Source: Dysidea avara (lineage: Eukaryota). Taken from it: a stretch of 64,000 bases of DNA. The first letter of the stretch is position 1. Each line of letters starts with the position of its first letter. Shown piece by piece: positions 1-13,139 of the stretch. A program made the translations under genes and the position numbers. The stretch spans positions 6,612,531 to 6,676,530 of the forward strand of contig NC_089278.1 of the NCBI RefSeq assembly GCF_963678975.1. Reading direction: 5' to 3'. The notes beneath the pieces are model-generated. The model was given only the letters and a program-made list of their open reading frames with translations. It did no database searches and was not told the origin of the DNA.

Positions 1-795
1 GTCAAATCTCTCAGGGCAATATGATAAATCAAACAGATAATACTTCAATGCTTTACTACAGCAGTACAGTATAACTACAAAATCAGACTATGCCACAATG
101 TACTTGATGTCATTGGTCCTCAAAGACTCATCAGCCAACAGGTAGTATAATTCTGATATGACAGCACTGGAAGAGAAGGAAGATCAAGTTGCATGCAAGT
201 ATATGTGTGCATGCGTGCGTGCGTGATGTATGGGTCACCTTTGTGTGTGGGGTAACTTGGGCTGTGGTAGTTCAGTAGAATTACCATCGATGAATGCTTG
301 AATGCTTTCTTGATCCATAACTATAAAATATGTACAAATGGTCTTTCCACAGTAGTCACATGTACACCACGACACTGTACTACACCACACACGCATACAT
401 GCATACACATACAATACACACAAGCCTACACTACCCAGTGCACCAGTGCTGGAACACCTGAACACTACTCAGGTGCTGCAAGTCAGAATAGGCAAATCCT
501 CCTAGTAACTCACAGGAAGCTGTTCCATGTCTCACGTGTGAGGATGTGAACACCTGAAGGACCCTCACCTGTTGTGGACAGTTGGCATTTACTTCTCTGG
601 TTAACACCAGATACATTTAACTAAATGGATAGGTATTGTTTACTGGTATCTGCTACCTCGATCAATTACCTCTGTGTGTGATGACTTGCTATAGTGTAGA
701 ATGGTGGCTCCATTGACGTTACAGCTGGGTGGGCTAGTTGACACCAGATCACCAGGTCCCGCTGGGTAGACTGGAGCAGTGTCCCCACTCCCCCC

Positions 796-848
796 TCTCT
801 CTCTCACACACACACGCACACGCACACGCACACGCACACGCACACGCA
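796..848. repeat. (CT)n-(CA)n-(CACG)n compound microsatellite; 3' tail of a SINE-like repeat whose body (~700-795) is homologous to 45955-46025
   Basis: Direct reading: ctctctctctcacacacacacgcacacgcacacgcacacgcacacgcacc. The upstream motif cagctgggt...gttgacaccag.tcacca is shared with the 45.96 kb copy. Confidence 0.85.
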
Positions 849-1678
849 CCTTGTCCTAATTTCCCAGGAACTGTTTCCACTATTCTCTTATACAGAGCCA
901 GTAACTAGTGCACAGTACAACAAGTCAACAGCTACTCTACCCCATTATTACTAACATCAGTAGTCATGCAGCTGGTTTTGTGGTCCTCAACAGAAGGGAG
1001 AGAGGCTGGGTGGAAGTACTCCATAAGTACCAGGGAATCCTCCCAAGTTAGGGTGATCTGTAACATGACACCTCATACAACACATATACTGCAGGTAGAA
1101 CAAGCAAGGATTAGTGAACCAGAGAATTACATTGGAATATAATATATTGAACAGAAATATTCTCTAATAGAACGCTCAAATACTCACTGGGTTGGCTCCA
1201 TGTTCCACAAGTCCTCGTGCCTACAAGATGAACACATAACACACATTGTAATACACAACATCACTCACCTTTGCTTTTGACACTTTCCTGGGGTGTCCAT
1301 ACAGACAATAGTAACACTGCTCCAGTTCTTGTAAAAGAACCTAATCTGGGTGCATGAGAGAGAATTGCATGGTAGAGGTGTTGTAGTACCTCTCTGTGTT
1401 GTGGAGAGAAGGCAGTTAACACTCTCAACTCCTTCCTTAGCACTTGAATACTTGTTGACAGGAGACAGCCATTGTCCCAGCTGCACCAGCCTAACCTGTT
1501 TGACAAGAAAGCCAATAACTAGGTGTGTCTATCCATCTGTCTGTCTGTCTGTCTATTCATTTTATACTGTACTTCAAGATGAGTAGAAACTCTTAGGGCT
1601 ACTGGCAACAGCTGATGGCAAGTGGATGGTTGGTTGGTTACATCATAAATTCCACAACATGTTTTATATTAGGTTTAC

Positions 1679-2248
1679 TCACGTTCCCAAGTGGTCGTGA
1701 GCCTCTTTTAAAAATTCAACTGATTTTTTAAGTGAACTTTTCTCAGCTGGCAGTAAAGGCGTTGTTAGAATCGACCCAACTTTGGAGAGGTAGGTGTATC
1801 CCTTGTGTGACTGAGAGTGACTATCAATAGTAGCCATCATTGTCGGAGTGATGAGTACAGATGGAAGAGCATAGGTGTGGTCATGCATGGGAGACGTCAA
1901 GTCGCTTATGCTCCTTGTTGCCACTGGTGTCTGGGGATCATCAGATGGTTCCTTCTTGACACTACAAGTTGGAGTGTTGGTGACATCACTGGAGCTTGGC
2001 TCAGTGACAGCAGCAATAGCTGGTGTATCTTCTTTATCACCTTCATTGTTCTCATTATCATCAGTCTCCTCCCTGCACCATAAATGAAGGTGTAGACAAG
2101 AAAAGGCTACCATTACTAACCCCTTTAAGATGTAGTAGAAAATCTTCCATGGCAGACACACAGGTAAGGTGTGCAGCAAGGGAGAGTCGGCTATTTCTGA
2201 CAGCAAGTCTAACACTCGGCAAATCTGTACTATTAACACCTTCACCAC
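1679..2248 (-). CDS. Acidic, Ser/Thr-rich open reading frame; possibly a downstream CABIN1-like exon (low-complexity linker)
   Basis: 189-aa minus-strand ORF, D/E/S/T/P-rich (…REETDDNENNEGDKEDTPAIAAVTEPSSSDV…). It lies downstream of the CABIN1-like gene on the same strand. No direct homology was recognised. Confidence 0.25.
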   Translation of the reverse strand: MVKVLIVQICRVLDLLSEIADSPLLHTLPVCLPWKIFYYILKGLVMVAFSCLHLHLWCREETDDNENNEGDKEDTPAIAAVTEPSSSDVTNTPTCSVKKEPSDDPQTPVATRSISDLTSPMHDHTYALPSVLITPTMMATIDSHSQSHKGYTYLSKVGSILTTPLLPAEKSSLKKSVEFLKEAHDHLGT

Positions 2249-4662
2249 TCCTTGTTGAGATGGCTTTGCCAGCAGATGAGGTTCAGCAACAATACACCTG
2301 TAACAGCAGATGATGTACTGTCATACATTACTGACCCTCTCTCACTTGTTTACAGTGTCAAATGTGTTGAAGAGACTGTTGGTCCACAACTCACTGTTAG
2401 TATTGTTGTGTGTGAGTAGTTCATCCATTGCTTGTACTGTACAACACAAACACTCCTGTGAAAAGACAAGGCCAAAAACCACCCAAGATAAAACAGAAAA
2501 CAATAAATGGTATCTAAGAGCAAGTCAGAACAAAACAATATAGGAGAGTTTAATATTTTACAAGTACAGCATTCCATTTTTTGTCCTGGTATAAAAGCCT
2601 CAGGTGAAACTACAGCACAGGCTAATACAGTACACCAGTATACATTCATCATAAGGTGTTATACATACAGTTGCTACAGTGGCTAGTGTGCTCACTTCAA
2701 TCCTATTCAACTTGAACAAAGAAGACAATAGCAGATACAGACTGGAGACCAGCTGAAGTTTCTGGTCACCTCCAAGTTGAGAGGAGCCAATCAGAAACTG
2801 GAACAGACAAGATGATGACAAAATGACACTTGTTAAATCACCTCATTATAGCTACCAGACTCTTGCTCCAGTACTGGTAGTAGATGATCCACAACTTCAG
2901 AGTAGCTACCCTTCTGGTAGAGCAAGTTGATCTGTTAAATAATTTTTAAGTGCACCGTGAGAAGAGAGATATTGTAGAACTGACATTCTCATAAGACAAT
3001 GATCTCTCCAGTGAGTTAACCCTTTCTTTGGCATGTGCTATAGAGAATGTATGTGTGATATAAATACATACCTTATAGAAGAAATATAATACACACACGC
3101 ACACACCTAGGGATATATAGGGGTCATGGTGAAGATTACACAGGTAAATGATGACACTAGCTTGATCAGCGTAATTCTCTAGGAGACGGCAAAGCTAGAG
3201 GAAAAGGACACATAAACACACTCCCCTAACACATGCAGCAAGCAAACCTCAAGCACATGGCCAGTGGTAGCTGATGGGTTGTTCCTTGTCATCTTGACCT
3301 GTGCCATCAACCACACCACTGCAACAACCACATCTTCTGAACAGCCCCACAATAGTGGAATGTACCTCTGAACAATACATGGTCCTTTTCTTGTCCCTCA
3401 AACTTTGACACAGAGAACAACATCAGTGAAATCAGTCCATCAACAAGTGGTAGGGTGGGACTAGTTAAACCAACATGAACAATCAGATGATATATGTCAC
3501 ACATCACTACCTTGTCTTGTCTGTTCCTTTCTTCTTCACTGTACTTGCCCTACACTGACTGTCCACCAGTAGCTCACAGTAGACCAGACTGATCTGTAGT
3601 AGGCATACATACGACCACAGTACAAGGATACAGACATACCAACAAACAGACACACATATACTAGCACACCACACTACAGGTACCACAGACATACACAAAT
3701 ACAGACAAGCTTACCCTCACAAAATCCTTCAAGTAGTCTAGTTCAGCCTTCTCCAATTGGTTGCTATAAGATCACATACAGTATCAGTAGCATCACATGA
3801 TCGCTGACCACAATGCAGGAGGTTGAGGTACCCGTTGCTCCACCCTCTGATAAAGGTCTACAAATATTCCCGCCAGTGGGAATGGCCTACATCAGATCAG
3901 TGTCATCACATGAGCTGCACATCTACACAGCAACTCACCACACCCAATTAAAATGTAGCGCCAGATGTTTGAGAAAGTCATAAACCACAAACACTATTCC
4001 ACTGTAAAACATCAACCAGTACACACAGTGTGTATAGGACACTATATATGATGTGATAACAGTTGTCACTACAATTAATATGTACATATGCCTGAAAAAC
4101 CTTACTACATTAGCTTTCTGAGGACTCATCAGAAAAGTCACAATGAGGACAAAGATTCTGGTCTCAATATTGCCTACATATATTTTTGACCTATTTATTG
4201 CAGCAAAGATACTATCCAGATAAGGTCCCAAATTCTCTACTATAGTTTCACAGTATTACAGCTAGAGCGATTGATTTGAGGAGCACTTTAGTTGAAGGGT
4301 ACCCCAAAGGTGTTATGACCGCAATTTTTCAAGGGAGTTACCAGTTTAGGTCACAACTGGGCCACAAGTAAGGAGGGTTATCTGATGGAGGACTTTAAAT
4401 CTACATTTACATGCTTACCCTTGTGACTGTTCTATTAGAGTACAAGTGGCTGCTCTATTAATCAATTTCTTCCTTGTGGATCTCCCCTAGTTAGTTTCAT
4501 ATTATTGCACCGTCCAATGTTCTTGCCATTATCTGTACTTATGCTCAGTCAAATTTTGACAATGGTGTCCTATATATAATTATTAAAAAGATTTCAAAAA
4601 CCCCTTCCTTATGCCCCTGGAGATGAGCTAACACACAATACATCCTTCTTGAATTAAAAATA

Positions 4663-4983
4663 TCATAGTTTCAAAATTATATGACACCCAAACAGGATGT
4701 AAAGATGATCTGACCTGTTGTTCTTCTGCTCAGCAATAAATTGTTGCACATTGTCTGGCTGGCTGTCATTGGCTAGAATTCTTGTGGGGCTAGCTAGTGC
4801 AGCTACCAAGTGCTTCCCGATGCTGTCCCTATAGAACATGTGGCCACACCCACTAGCATCATGCATGCATACCCATCTACACTTCACCTTGCAGCTGACT
4901 TCTTCCTCAATGGAGACAATTCCAGTGAGTGTAGTGACTCCAGCTGGGCCATGCTGGGAGAGTGACATGTGATTACAGTTCAA
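4663..4983 (-). CDS. Probable internal exon of the CABIN1-like gene (…LKLQLNCNHMSLSQHGPAGVTTLTG…); weak resemblance to CABIN1 '…CMELQLDQWLL…NCPAGMVNG…'
   Basis: 106-aa minus-strand ORF with balanced composition. Same strand and downstream of CABIN1-like exons. A GT follows …AEQKNN (RC of gatgatctgacctg). Homology is tentative. Confidence 0.3.
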   Translation of the reverse strand: MNCNHMSLSQHGPAGVTTLTGIVSIEEEVSCKVKCRWVCMHDASGCGHMFYRDSIGKHLVAALASPTRILANDSQPDNVQQFIAEQKNNRSDHLYILFGCHIILKL

Positions 4984-5020
4984 CTGACAAGCAGAGGAGG
5001 TCAGTCACCCATAGTAATCC

Positions 5021-5078
5021 ATGACATGTGTCATAACCCCATGACATGTGCCATAACCCCATGACATGTGTCATAACA
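5021..5078. repeat. Tandem repeat, 3 copies of a 20-bp unit ATGACATGTGYCATAACCCC
   Basis: Read directly at 5021-5078. The unit contains the palindrome ATGACATGTCAT (one mismatch). Confidence 0.9.
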
Positions 5079-5754
5079 CACACAACCAAGCATAGCACCA
5101 GGTGTTCAAGACTATTTTTTTAATAGGAAAGTAATGTTTGTGCTGGGCTTGAAAAAGCTCCAGTGTGGACATGCAGTTTTTTGATTAAAATACTTGATAT
5201 TGGTGTCAACAAATTTGTTCAAGATCATGAGATGGATGATAGATGTGACCAACCTCTCTTGTGACCGACACAAGAAAATTTCAGAACATTAAAAATGACA
5301 GGAATGATAAATGCTAAATAATTAACAGAACACTCTCAGTGTATTTGTCTCCTGCAGATCAAGACACACCGTAGTGTTCCATGTGGCCAAGAATGTTGGC
5401 ACATCACAACATGGATATATTGACAGGTAGAAGAAAATACAAATTTCACACATGCATAGCTCCATGATCCCTCACACCATTTTTTACATTATATAACTTA
5501 CAATGAATCAATCACTCCAAAGATATGGCAGCCAAATTTAATTCTATTCTTAGTTTTAAAGGCTAGAATATTCTTTTTTTTCTTTTTCACACATTATACA
5601 AAAACTCACCATAATACACAAATTCTATACTTAATTGCCTTGACATTTGGCACACTTACAGTAGAAACTTGTGTGCATATGGATCAATCATCGTAATGCA
5701 ACCATTTGCAGTTTCAGATTCGTGATTTATAATCTGAACAAGTTTTGGATCATG

Positions 5755-5775
5755 CCCCCCCCCCCCCCCCCCCCC
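5755..5775. repeat. Poly-C homopolymer (21 C)
   Basis: catg + 21 c + aagatactc, read directly. Confidence 0.95.
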
Positions 5776-6966
5776 AAGATACTCTCATATAACATCACCA
5801 AGGGGACAACCACAAACGTTGAGAAAAAATCCATCCCAGGGACCTTCACATCTGCATAACTCCCAAACCATTAGCCACTGAGCCAGGCTGTTCAGCCCAC
5901 TTAATTTCTACCTTATAAATGAAATTCATATACACTGTAGATATCATAAACATGTAATGTGTGTTGCATTAGAAGTACTCAATGTGTACCAGTACTCTAT
6001 TCATTAGAGTAATACAAAAAATTAACAAATAGTCAAATAAAATAATTATATTCTACAATACAATTATAGATAAAAAAGAAAAGGTGGCAGTCAAGATGAG
6101 ACAGCCATTAAAATGGGTGGCAGCCATTTATTGGCCACCATGCACCTTTAATTTCACAACTTTTAACCCAAGGCTGCATCCATTTGTTATAACTTGGTTG
6201 TTTTACATGGATAACAATTTAATTATTGTTTCAACGTGCTTACTGCAGAAAAACAGCAGGTCTGTTATACACTGTACACAAGAGAATTCTAGTGAGGACC
6301 AAAGTAGTGAACAATTCTGTGTGTAGTATGTGTGTGTGCAGCTGTGTTAACTGACCCAAAACGTTCTGGGATATATTTCTTAAGCATATCAAAATAATTC
6401 TGTGGTCCTTCATTCCTCTTACCCCTAGCAGCCTGTCACAAGACACCACTACAGATGGGACAACATGACACACTACATACACGAGCAGAACGTCTTTTTG
6501 GAGGAATATGATCAGCCACATCAGCGGACTTTCGTTTTTGTGGAGAAGACTTGTGAGGAATATTATCTCCAGCTGAAGATGATAAGGTTGTGTCTGAAGA
6601 AACAAACTAATGGATACTAAGCAACAGCTTGTGGACTGGCCTACCACTAGTGCTGGGTGAAGACTGTGTCAGTGGACTAGCCAACTTAAATGTTACACTC
6701 TTAACTGCAATCAATATGGTAACATGTGTGCACCAGTTGACAGCTCTATACCAGTATTGGATTTGTCGGGAAGTTCCAGTCTACATGACCAGCTACTCTG
6801 TAGATTACGAATACAAACTAGAATGGAGTACAGAGAATAGAGATGAGCTCACTTTTCCAGACCGAGCCAGTTCATCACAGTGGTCCCAGGCAGCTACTAG
6901 CCATCTTCCGAGACTGAGCCACCTACCAACCACTGTTATTTGTGTTAACCTTGCACACACACTTAC

Positions 6967-7784
6967 GTCAGATCCTGAAGGTCTTTTGAGAACTTGATAG
7001 GTTCCCAGCTAGATATTAATGCTTCCTCTTCATCTTTGTAACGTTGGGACCATTTCTGCCTTAAAGTATTAGCAGCTTCTAAACACTGTAACAACAAAAC
7101 AATTGTGTTTCTGAAACATAACTGGTTTACCTTAGCAACACCACTGGAAGACACTTCTGAGACACTTGCTTGATACCTGCCCACAAAATGATCATAAATC
7201 TCATGAACACAAATGCCACAAATAAAATTTCTTTGTTTACTTTTTCAAGCCTTCAAACTGACGGATCCAAAGAGTGTCCCCATTCTCACGTAAAATATGG
7301 TCAACATATACCAACCCTACACACACAGGATACACTACCACTAGTGGCTATACAATAACCACACCTTGTTCATATGAAGGGTTTCTCTCCAGGGCAGTGG
7401 AGCAAGTAGCAAGGCAAGCTACAAAGACAAAACAAACATAGTTGTCTGTATTTATGCACCTGCCAATTATGCTGGCATGCAAATCAAGCACAATAGAATT
7501 AGTGTCATAAATTCATTCCTGTGAATGTGCAAGCCACAGGAAAAACTAATGGTTAGAAAATTAATTTTGTGAGACAGCAAGTTGGCCCTTTTAAAAAATA
7601 GTTTCACTTCTTCACCATATATGGACACACTGCAGCATAGCACTGTTTCAAGGATTGGTGTCTTAAGTTGTGTGGCAGCTGCTGTTCATTTTACTTAGTG
7701 TAAACAGCTGTATATTGTAGTATACACCTCTGTTACCCAAAGATTTAGTACAGATAACATAAAATAAACACACACGCACACACG

Positions 7785-7820
<36 letters not shown>

Positions 7821-8871
7821 AGGATAATCTTGTATACTAAACAGAACTCTGCACAACTGGTCAAGACATGGCCAGTGATCAGGATTACACTCCAGTGCCT
7901 ACAACACACTCATTCAACAGATACAGATTGTCTGAAGCCTAACCTTCTCCAAAGCCATTCGGGCTATCGGTAGGTTACCTTGCAACTGTGCAACCTTTGA
8001 CAGCTGTAACCAAGTTGTGAGGTCTGTGCTATCAATACGTGTTGCCTATTGGAAGTGATTATTACTACAACAATAACAGCAATATCCTACTACCTTCAGA
8101 TATGTTTCTATGGCAACTGAGAGATCTCCCTGATCCTTGAAGATGCCAGCAAGATTACGACAAATTGAATATTTCAATTTTGTGGCTGTGGCTGATACAG
8201 TTCCAGAGCTTTCCTATAAAAACATTTACATGAATTCTTGAAATTGGCTGAGTACTCATTTATAGTACTAATTTTATTCAAATGACTTGACACTTTACCT
8301 ATGATCAGCTTTCACAAGTTGTAGAGTCTGCTAGGTTACCTATGCCCACTACATGCATGTACATATCAGAGACAGAAATATCTTTTTCACATTTGTCGTG
8401 CATTTCATCTCAACCAAATTAGAACAAGGGTGGTCTACATTTTCAGTAAGAAGCTCATAAATTAAATGTCTAAAAATCAGGCAGTGTAAATCATTTTTTT
8501 TTTTAAAATCTCTCATTTCTACAACTGCACAATTTGTGCTCAATATGTGTACACGTTTCACTCACTTCTCCCATTAAAAAGGATGATTGTAGCAAGTGTA
8601 AGTAGAGAGCCCTGGCGCCATTTAAATCTCCGTCTCGCTGCAGTTTCAGCGCATCGTGATACTCCTGGAAACATGCTGATTCCTTTAATAGAGTAAACCA
8701 TGTAGTGACAATAACTTCATTTAATTTTTTTTTTAACTCGGGCTTGATGGACTGCCTATACCTACCACCCACAGCACAAAGAAAGGCACGTGCTGGACAA
8801 CTGAACAAGACAAGAGAAAAGTAGAGTAACGCAGCCAGCATGTTATAACTCTGACAAGCGACAATAACCAT
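6967..8871 (-). CDS. CABIN1: Calcineurin-binding protein cabin-1 (CABIN1/Hir3 family, TPR), 5' part of the gene. Exons resolved on the minus strand: 8566-8871 (ATG at 8871), 8094-8213, 7944-8045, 7820-7898, 7695-7727, one or more unresolved exons, then 7131-7176 and 6967-7085. The gene probably continues to lower coordinates.
   Basis: The conceptual translation is collinear with the recalled human CABIN1 N-terminus. Window '…[33 protein letters not shown]…' aligns with human '[32 protein letters not shown]'. '[27 protein letters not shown]' aligns with '[28 protein letters not shown]'. '[60 protein letters not shown]' aligns with '[59 protein letters not shown]'. All junctions have GT-AG and phases are consistent. 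Several donors are GTGAGT, GTAGTA or GTAACC. The (CA)n at 7768-7819 is intronic. Exons below 7695 are only partly resolved. Confidence 0.7.
7768..7819. repeat. (CA)n/(CACG)n microsatellite inside a CABIN1-like intron
   Basis: acacacacgcacacacgcacgcacacacacacacacacacacacacacacc, read directly. Confidence 0.9.
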
Positions 8872-9176
8872 AGCTAAACCACAGATCCTCTATATGATTA
8901 AACTAAATTATAAAGCAATACCTGAGCTTCTTTACTGGTCTTCTTGCTAGACGCTGATGTACCTACAGCATTACTACCACTATCGCAATTTAAAGGAGTT
9001 AATAACATCTTTAGCTGATTCCATAAAATGCACACTATTATTATTCTATCTAAAGCGCTTTATATCAACTTGAAGCGCACCTCTCCTCGTGCTCCATTAT
9101 TATGTCTTTTAGGGTCAGTAATTGGCGACACATTGCATCCGCGAATTATTTGCTATCCAGCAGTAGATCATTACAG

Positions 9177-9231
9177 GTGTGTGTGTGTGTGTGTGTGTGT
9201 GTCTGTGTGTGTGTCGGTGTGTGTGTGTGTT
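9177..9231. repeat. (GT)n microsatellite with interruptions (GTCT, GTCG)
   Basis: Direct reading at 9177-9231. Confidence 0.9.
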
Positions 9232-10080
9232 TAATGATACCAACACAAGTGTGCATTACACACAAATTTAAAGCCTCCATTGGCATTTGGAAGGCTCTTT
9301 GTACCATGATTTATTGATTTGATATGATTTATTGTTTAAACTCCACACAATTGGCTAGTGCTGTTCTTCCTTGCAGGAGTGACAACATACAGTAACACTA
9401 AATATACACAGTACAAAAATTAGCTAAACACACAATATACAAGCAACAACAACTGAACACATATTACAAAACCAAAAACTCGCATTACAAAACAGACAAC
9501 AAATACAAACTAAATATTACAAATTATTAAGTAGATATACATAGCTACGTGCATAGCATGCAAAGCTACATGCATAGCTATGGATTGCGCCTTCATCCAT
9601 TGTATCTTACAAACCTTTTGTCAGCTTCATCAACATAAAGGCTTCAACAGTGAAAAATGGAATATGGTACCTGAAGAAGCTTTATAAGCTTCTTCAGGTA
9701 CCATGTTTCGTTGTAAGATCACAGCACATGAACAGGACACGCTGACTACATAATATATTGTGCCCTCACATGATTGTACAGTGTACATGATCCTTATTAA
9801 TTGATTGACTGTGTGCTATAACTCCAAGTTGCACCCTCTACACTACCGATGAGAGATGACAAACTCTATTGACCATCATCTTCTGGTTGTACTATGCATC
9901 TGCTCTGCTGGATATAGCTGGATGTCATTTATTATAAGGAAATTAACCTTCATGAACAGCTAGCTAGCATCATCAGCTTACTATAAAACAAACCTCCCCA
10001 CACATTTCATGTATTGAATAGTTGCCACCAGGTCACAGGCACCATTCAATCTTGTAGATATTTATATGGTCACAATAATT

Positions 10081-12298
10081 ATGTCACTACAAGTGCTGTG
10101 CATAGACTTGGTGCTTGGGTTAAAATACTTGAAGATTGCTGAGAGTATGTAAATGCATGAGACTTGTTGTATTCAATACATGAGGCTTTGTAGTATAGTG
10201 CAATATAGACTCCTTACACTGTCCACTACTAAGTTAAGGATTATTTTGTTACACAGTACACATGTAGGAGACCAATATCAACAGGATCCATCTTTCATGT
10301 AGAAAAGAAGAAACCAGTCAATACTGTGAGTAATGTATATACCGTCTAATTTTTATAAATTCCTTTTTGTTAGATAATTAATTTTGTACCGCAGCAAGAG
10401 GCATGGGTGGTGGAGCGCTTTGGACGTTACCTACGAACACTTAAGCCAGTAAAGGGATTGTTATAACTATATTAAGATTTTACTTTGTTCTCATAGGGCC
10501 TCAACTTTTTGCTTCCAGTAATTGACAATATCAAATATGTTCAGAATCTTAAAGAAGTAGCCATTGACATCCCCTCACAGTCAGCCATTACTGAAGGTAT
10601 GAGGAGTTCAGTAGGTGATGTTTCTAACTCATGTTGAGTAGATAATGTAACACTTCACTTGGACGGTGTGCTCTATATGAGAATATATGATCCATATGCT
10701 GTGAGGACACCCCACTGGTGGCTATGGTGTGATGTGATATATTGGTAGGCTTCATATGGAGTTGAGGATGCTGAGTTTGCTGTAGTTCAACTAGCACAGA
10801 CCACCATGAGGTCTGAACTAGGTGTGTATGTGTGTTGCGTATGTGTGTGACTAGTAACTATATAAATGCACCTGTAATCAGCTAGCTGCGTGTGCAAAGT
10901 TGCACTATTGTCTCTGTTCTACGATCATACATCAAATAATAGCTATTCAGAAGTCTGGCAACGTAGAATTTTTTACTATATTTAGATAATTTTTTTTATG
11001 TAGGGAAGATAAAATTAGATAGAGTGTTTCAAGAGAGAACAATATTGAATTTCTCCATTGTGGGTAAGTGTATGATGATAAATGTCATCCTCTTGGTGTT
11101 ATCCACGCTATCACACTGTCTAGAATCCATCAACAATGCAGCGGAGGCTTGGGGTGTAAAGTGTATGAGATATGAAATAAGTCAGTAAGAATAATAGTAC
11201 TAGCCTTAATTGTGTATCATTTATCCTTCCTAGAGGACATTCAGTTACCTACCAAAGTCAAGGAAGCAATGCAAATGCAGGTTAGTACCAATGATCAGAT
11301 GGGCTTATGAGATATCAACCTACCAGTGTTATAATGTAAAAATTTATGGTCCACTCCTCGCAAAATTGGGTGTTTCAGATCCAGCTGTCTCATAAGAAAA
11401 TGGAGGGATCTGAAGACATTCTACTTGCTATTGTTTGTGTAGGTAGAAGCAGAGCGAAAGAAGAGAGCTGTTGTATTAGAGTCTGAAGGAACTCGTGAGT
11501 CAGCCATCAACAAAGCTGAGGGGTACAAGCAAAGCAAGATTTTAGCATCAGAAGCTAAAAAAGTTGAACAAATCAACACAGCCAAAGGTTACTACATAAT
11601 ACAATGACACAACACTCATTTGCCTGCAGGTGCTGCTATTGCAACCATCGCTAAGGCTGAAGCACGTGCCAAAGCTCTCAGAGTAGTAGGAGAAGTAATT
11701 GGTGGAAAGGTTTGTATATATATAATATTTCCATGACTACCTAAAAAAAACTGTTGCTCTATGCAGAATGGCTCCCAGGCTGCCTCACTGACTGTAGCAG
11801 AACAGGTAAGGGGCAACACTATATGATGTATTATACAGTAGTATACTTCTGTTAGTATGTGGATGCATTCAGTAAACTAGCTAAGACCTCCAACACTTTA
11901 ATGTTGCCTGAGAATACAGGAAACATTGCATCAATGGTATCCCAGGTGAGTTCAGATAATGTTGCATCGTAAACTATTTTAAGCTATAGGCCATGGCCAT
12001 TTATGGTCACATGAGCAATAAGACATTGTCACATGAAGATCCACCTCCTGATGATGATGGTGGTGCAAAGATGTATGAATTGGGAGAGAAGGAGATTGAT
12101 GAAACATTGTCATCACTTATGCAAGAAGCAGAGGATGTGCTAACCACACCTGATGCTACGCAACAATTAAGTCAGCATGAAGAGAGCCCCGCCCTCCTCA
12201 CTGCAGAACCAGAGGAAAAGAGCAAAAGTAACGAACACTTCACACTAGCAAACTCACCTACGCGCTATCAAACCTACCGCAAGGATACAGAGGTGTAA
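10081..12298 (+). CDS. STOML2: Stomatin-like protein 2, mitochondrial (SPFH/band-7 family). Resolved exons: 10374-10448, 10497-10596, 10642-10700, 10749-10821, 11004-11063, 11124-11180, 11234-11280, 11443-11587, 11630-11709, 11768-11806, 11856-11945, 11990-12298 (stop TAA at 12296-12298). Tentative 5' exons: 10081-10144 (ATG) and 10285-10325.
   Basis: The spliced translation is collinear with human STOML2. Window 'IINFVPQQEAWVVERFGRYLRTLKP' aligns with human 'VVLFVPQQEAWVVERMGRFHRILEP'. 'GLNFLLPVIDNIKYVQNLKEVAIDIPSQSAITE' aligns with 'GLNILIPVLDRIRYVQSLKEIVINVPEQSAVT'. 'DNVTLHLDGVLYMRIYDPYA' + 'ASYGVEDAEFAVVQLAQTTMRSEL', 'GKIKLDRVFQERTILNFSIV', 'ESINNAAEAWGVKCMRYEI', 'KDIQLPTKVKEAMQMQ', 'VEAERKKRAVVLESEGTRESAINKAEGYKQSKILASEAKKVEQINTAK', 'GAAIATIAKAEARAKALRVVGEVIGGK', 'NGSQAASLTVAEQ', 'YVDAFSKLAKTSNTLMLPENTGNIASMVSQ' and 'AMAIYGHMSNK…' all match successive STOML2 segments. 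All introns are GT-AG. Phase bookkeeping is consistent: about 412 codons with the tentative 5' exons. Introns run 42-60 nt, apart from two of 182 and 162 nt. The 5' end (start codon and presequence) is uncertain. Confidence 0.85.
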
Positions 12299-13139
12299 TG
12301 TTGTATGCATTTTTGCAATTAATAATAGTACAGATCACAGCTATGTTATGACCGTTGAATTCCAGATCACTGATCGCTGAATCATTGCCTCCCTTGCAAT
12401 TTGGGTTTATGTTGCTGGCCTGACAGTTTCATGTTGGTGGATTGGGTGTTTAGTTTTATGGACCGGATCAGCTGGACCAAATCCTAATGACTGACCAGGA
12501 TAGCATGATATACTGAATGGGGTTTAGGCATTTCCTTTAATGCTGTATATTTATAAAGCATTGCTGTCATATTTCCTCCCTTGCTGTACCCATGGCAATT
12601 GACAATTAAAAATTTACTCTAATAGAGCAGTCACTGACCACTCTAATAGAACAGTTGCATTTTATATCTTGTAAGTAGCTACTTAATGTATAACCAAAGC
12701 ATATTTTAAGCACATTTAAGTACTATATACATACTTGTTCAAGTGTCTTTTAGGTATTGATTAATTTGGAAACCTGTCACCAAAATTCCTGGAGCTGCCA
12801 TGCATAGCTGTTGCCATAATATGGTACCACATTTTGCATTACTGACACGTAACTAGCTGTGTTACAGTGGCCTCAACCTAAAGATGCATATACTTTGATT
12901 TTTCCGCTATTTAAGAATCCAGACTCTTCTCGTCCTAAATTACAATGAATGGATTACACTGGAATGACTTTGGGTATCTAATTATAACCACAGTGTGCTG
13001 GACAATTATTAGAGAATATGGGCATGATATCCAAAATGTTAACTTATTTATAGTTTGACTCATAGTATTGTCATTGATTTCATGTCAGTTAAGTTGTGTT
13101 CATGAACTTTGATTTGAAAGTGCGTATGATCAAATAGGC

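Noticed and set aside
6240-6997. Overlapping 135-aa (minus) and 122-aa (plus) ORFs
   Set aside because: They fall within the presumed intron space of the CABIN1-like gene. Their composition is low-complexity and hydrophobic, with no splice-site support or homology.
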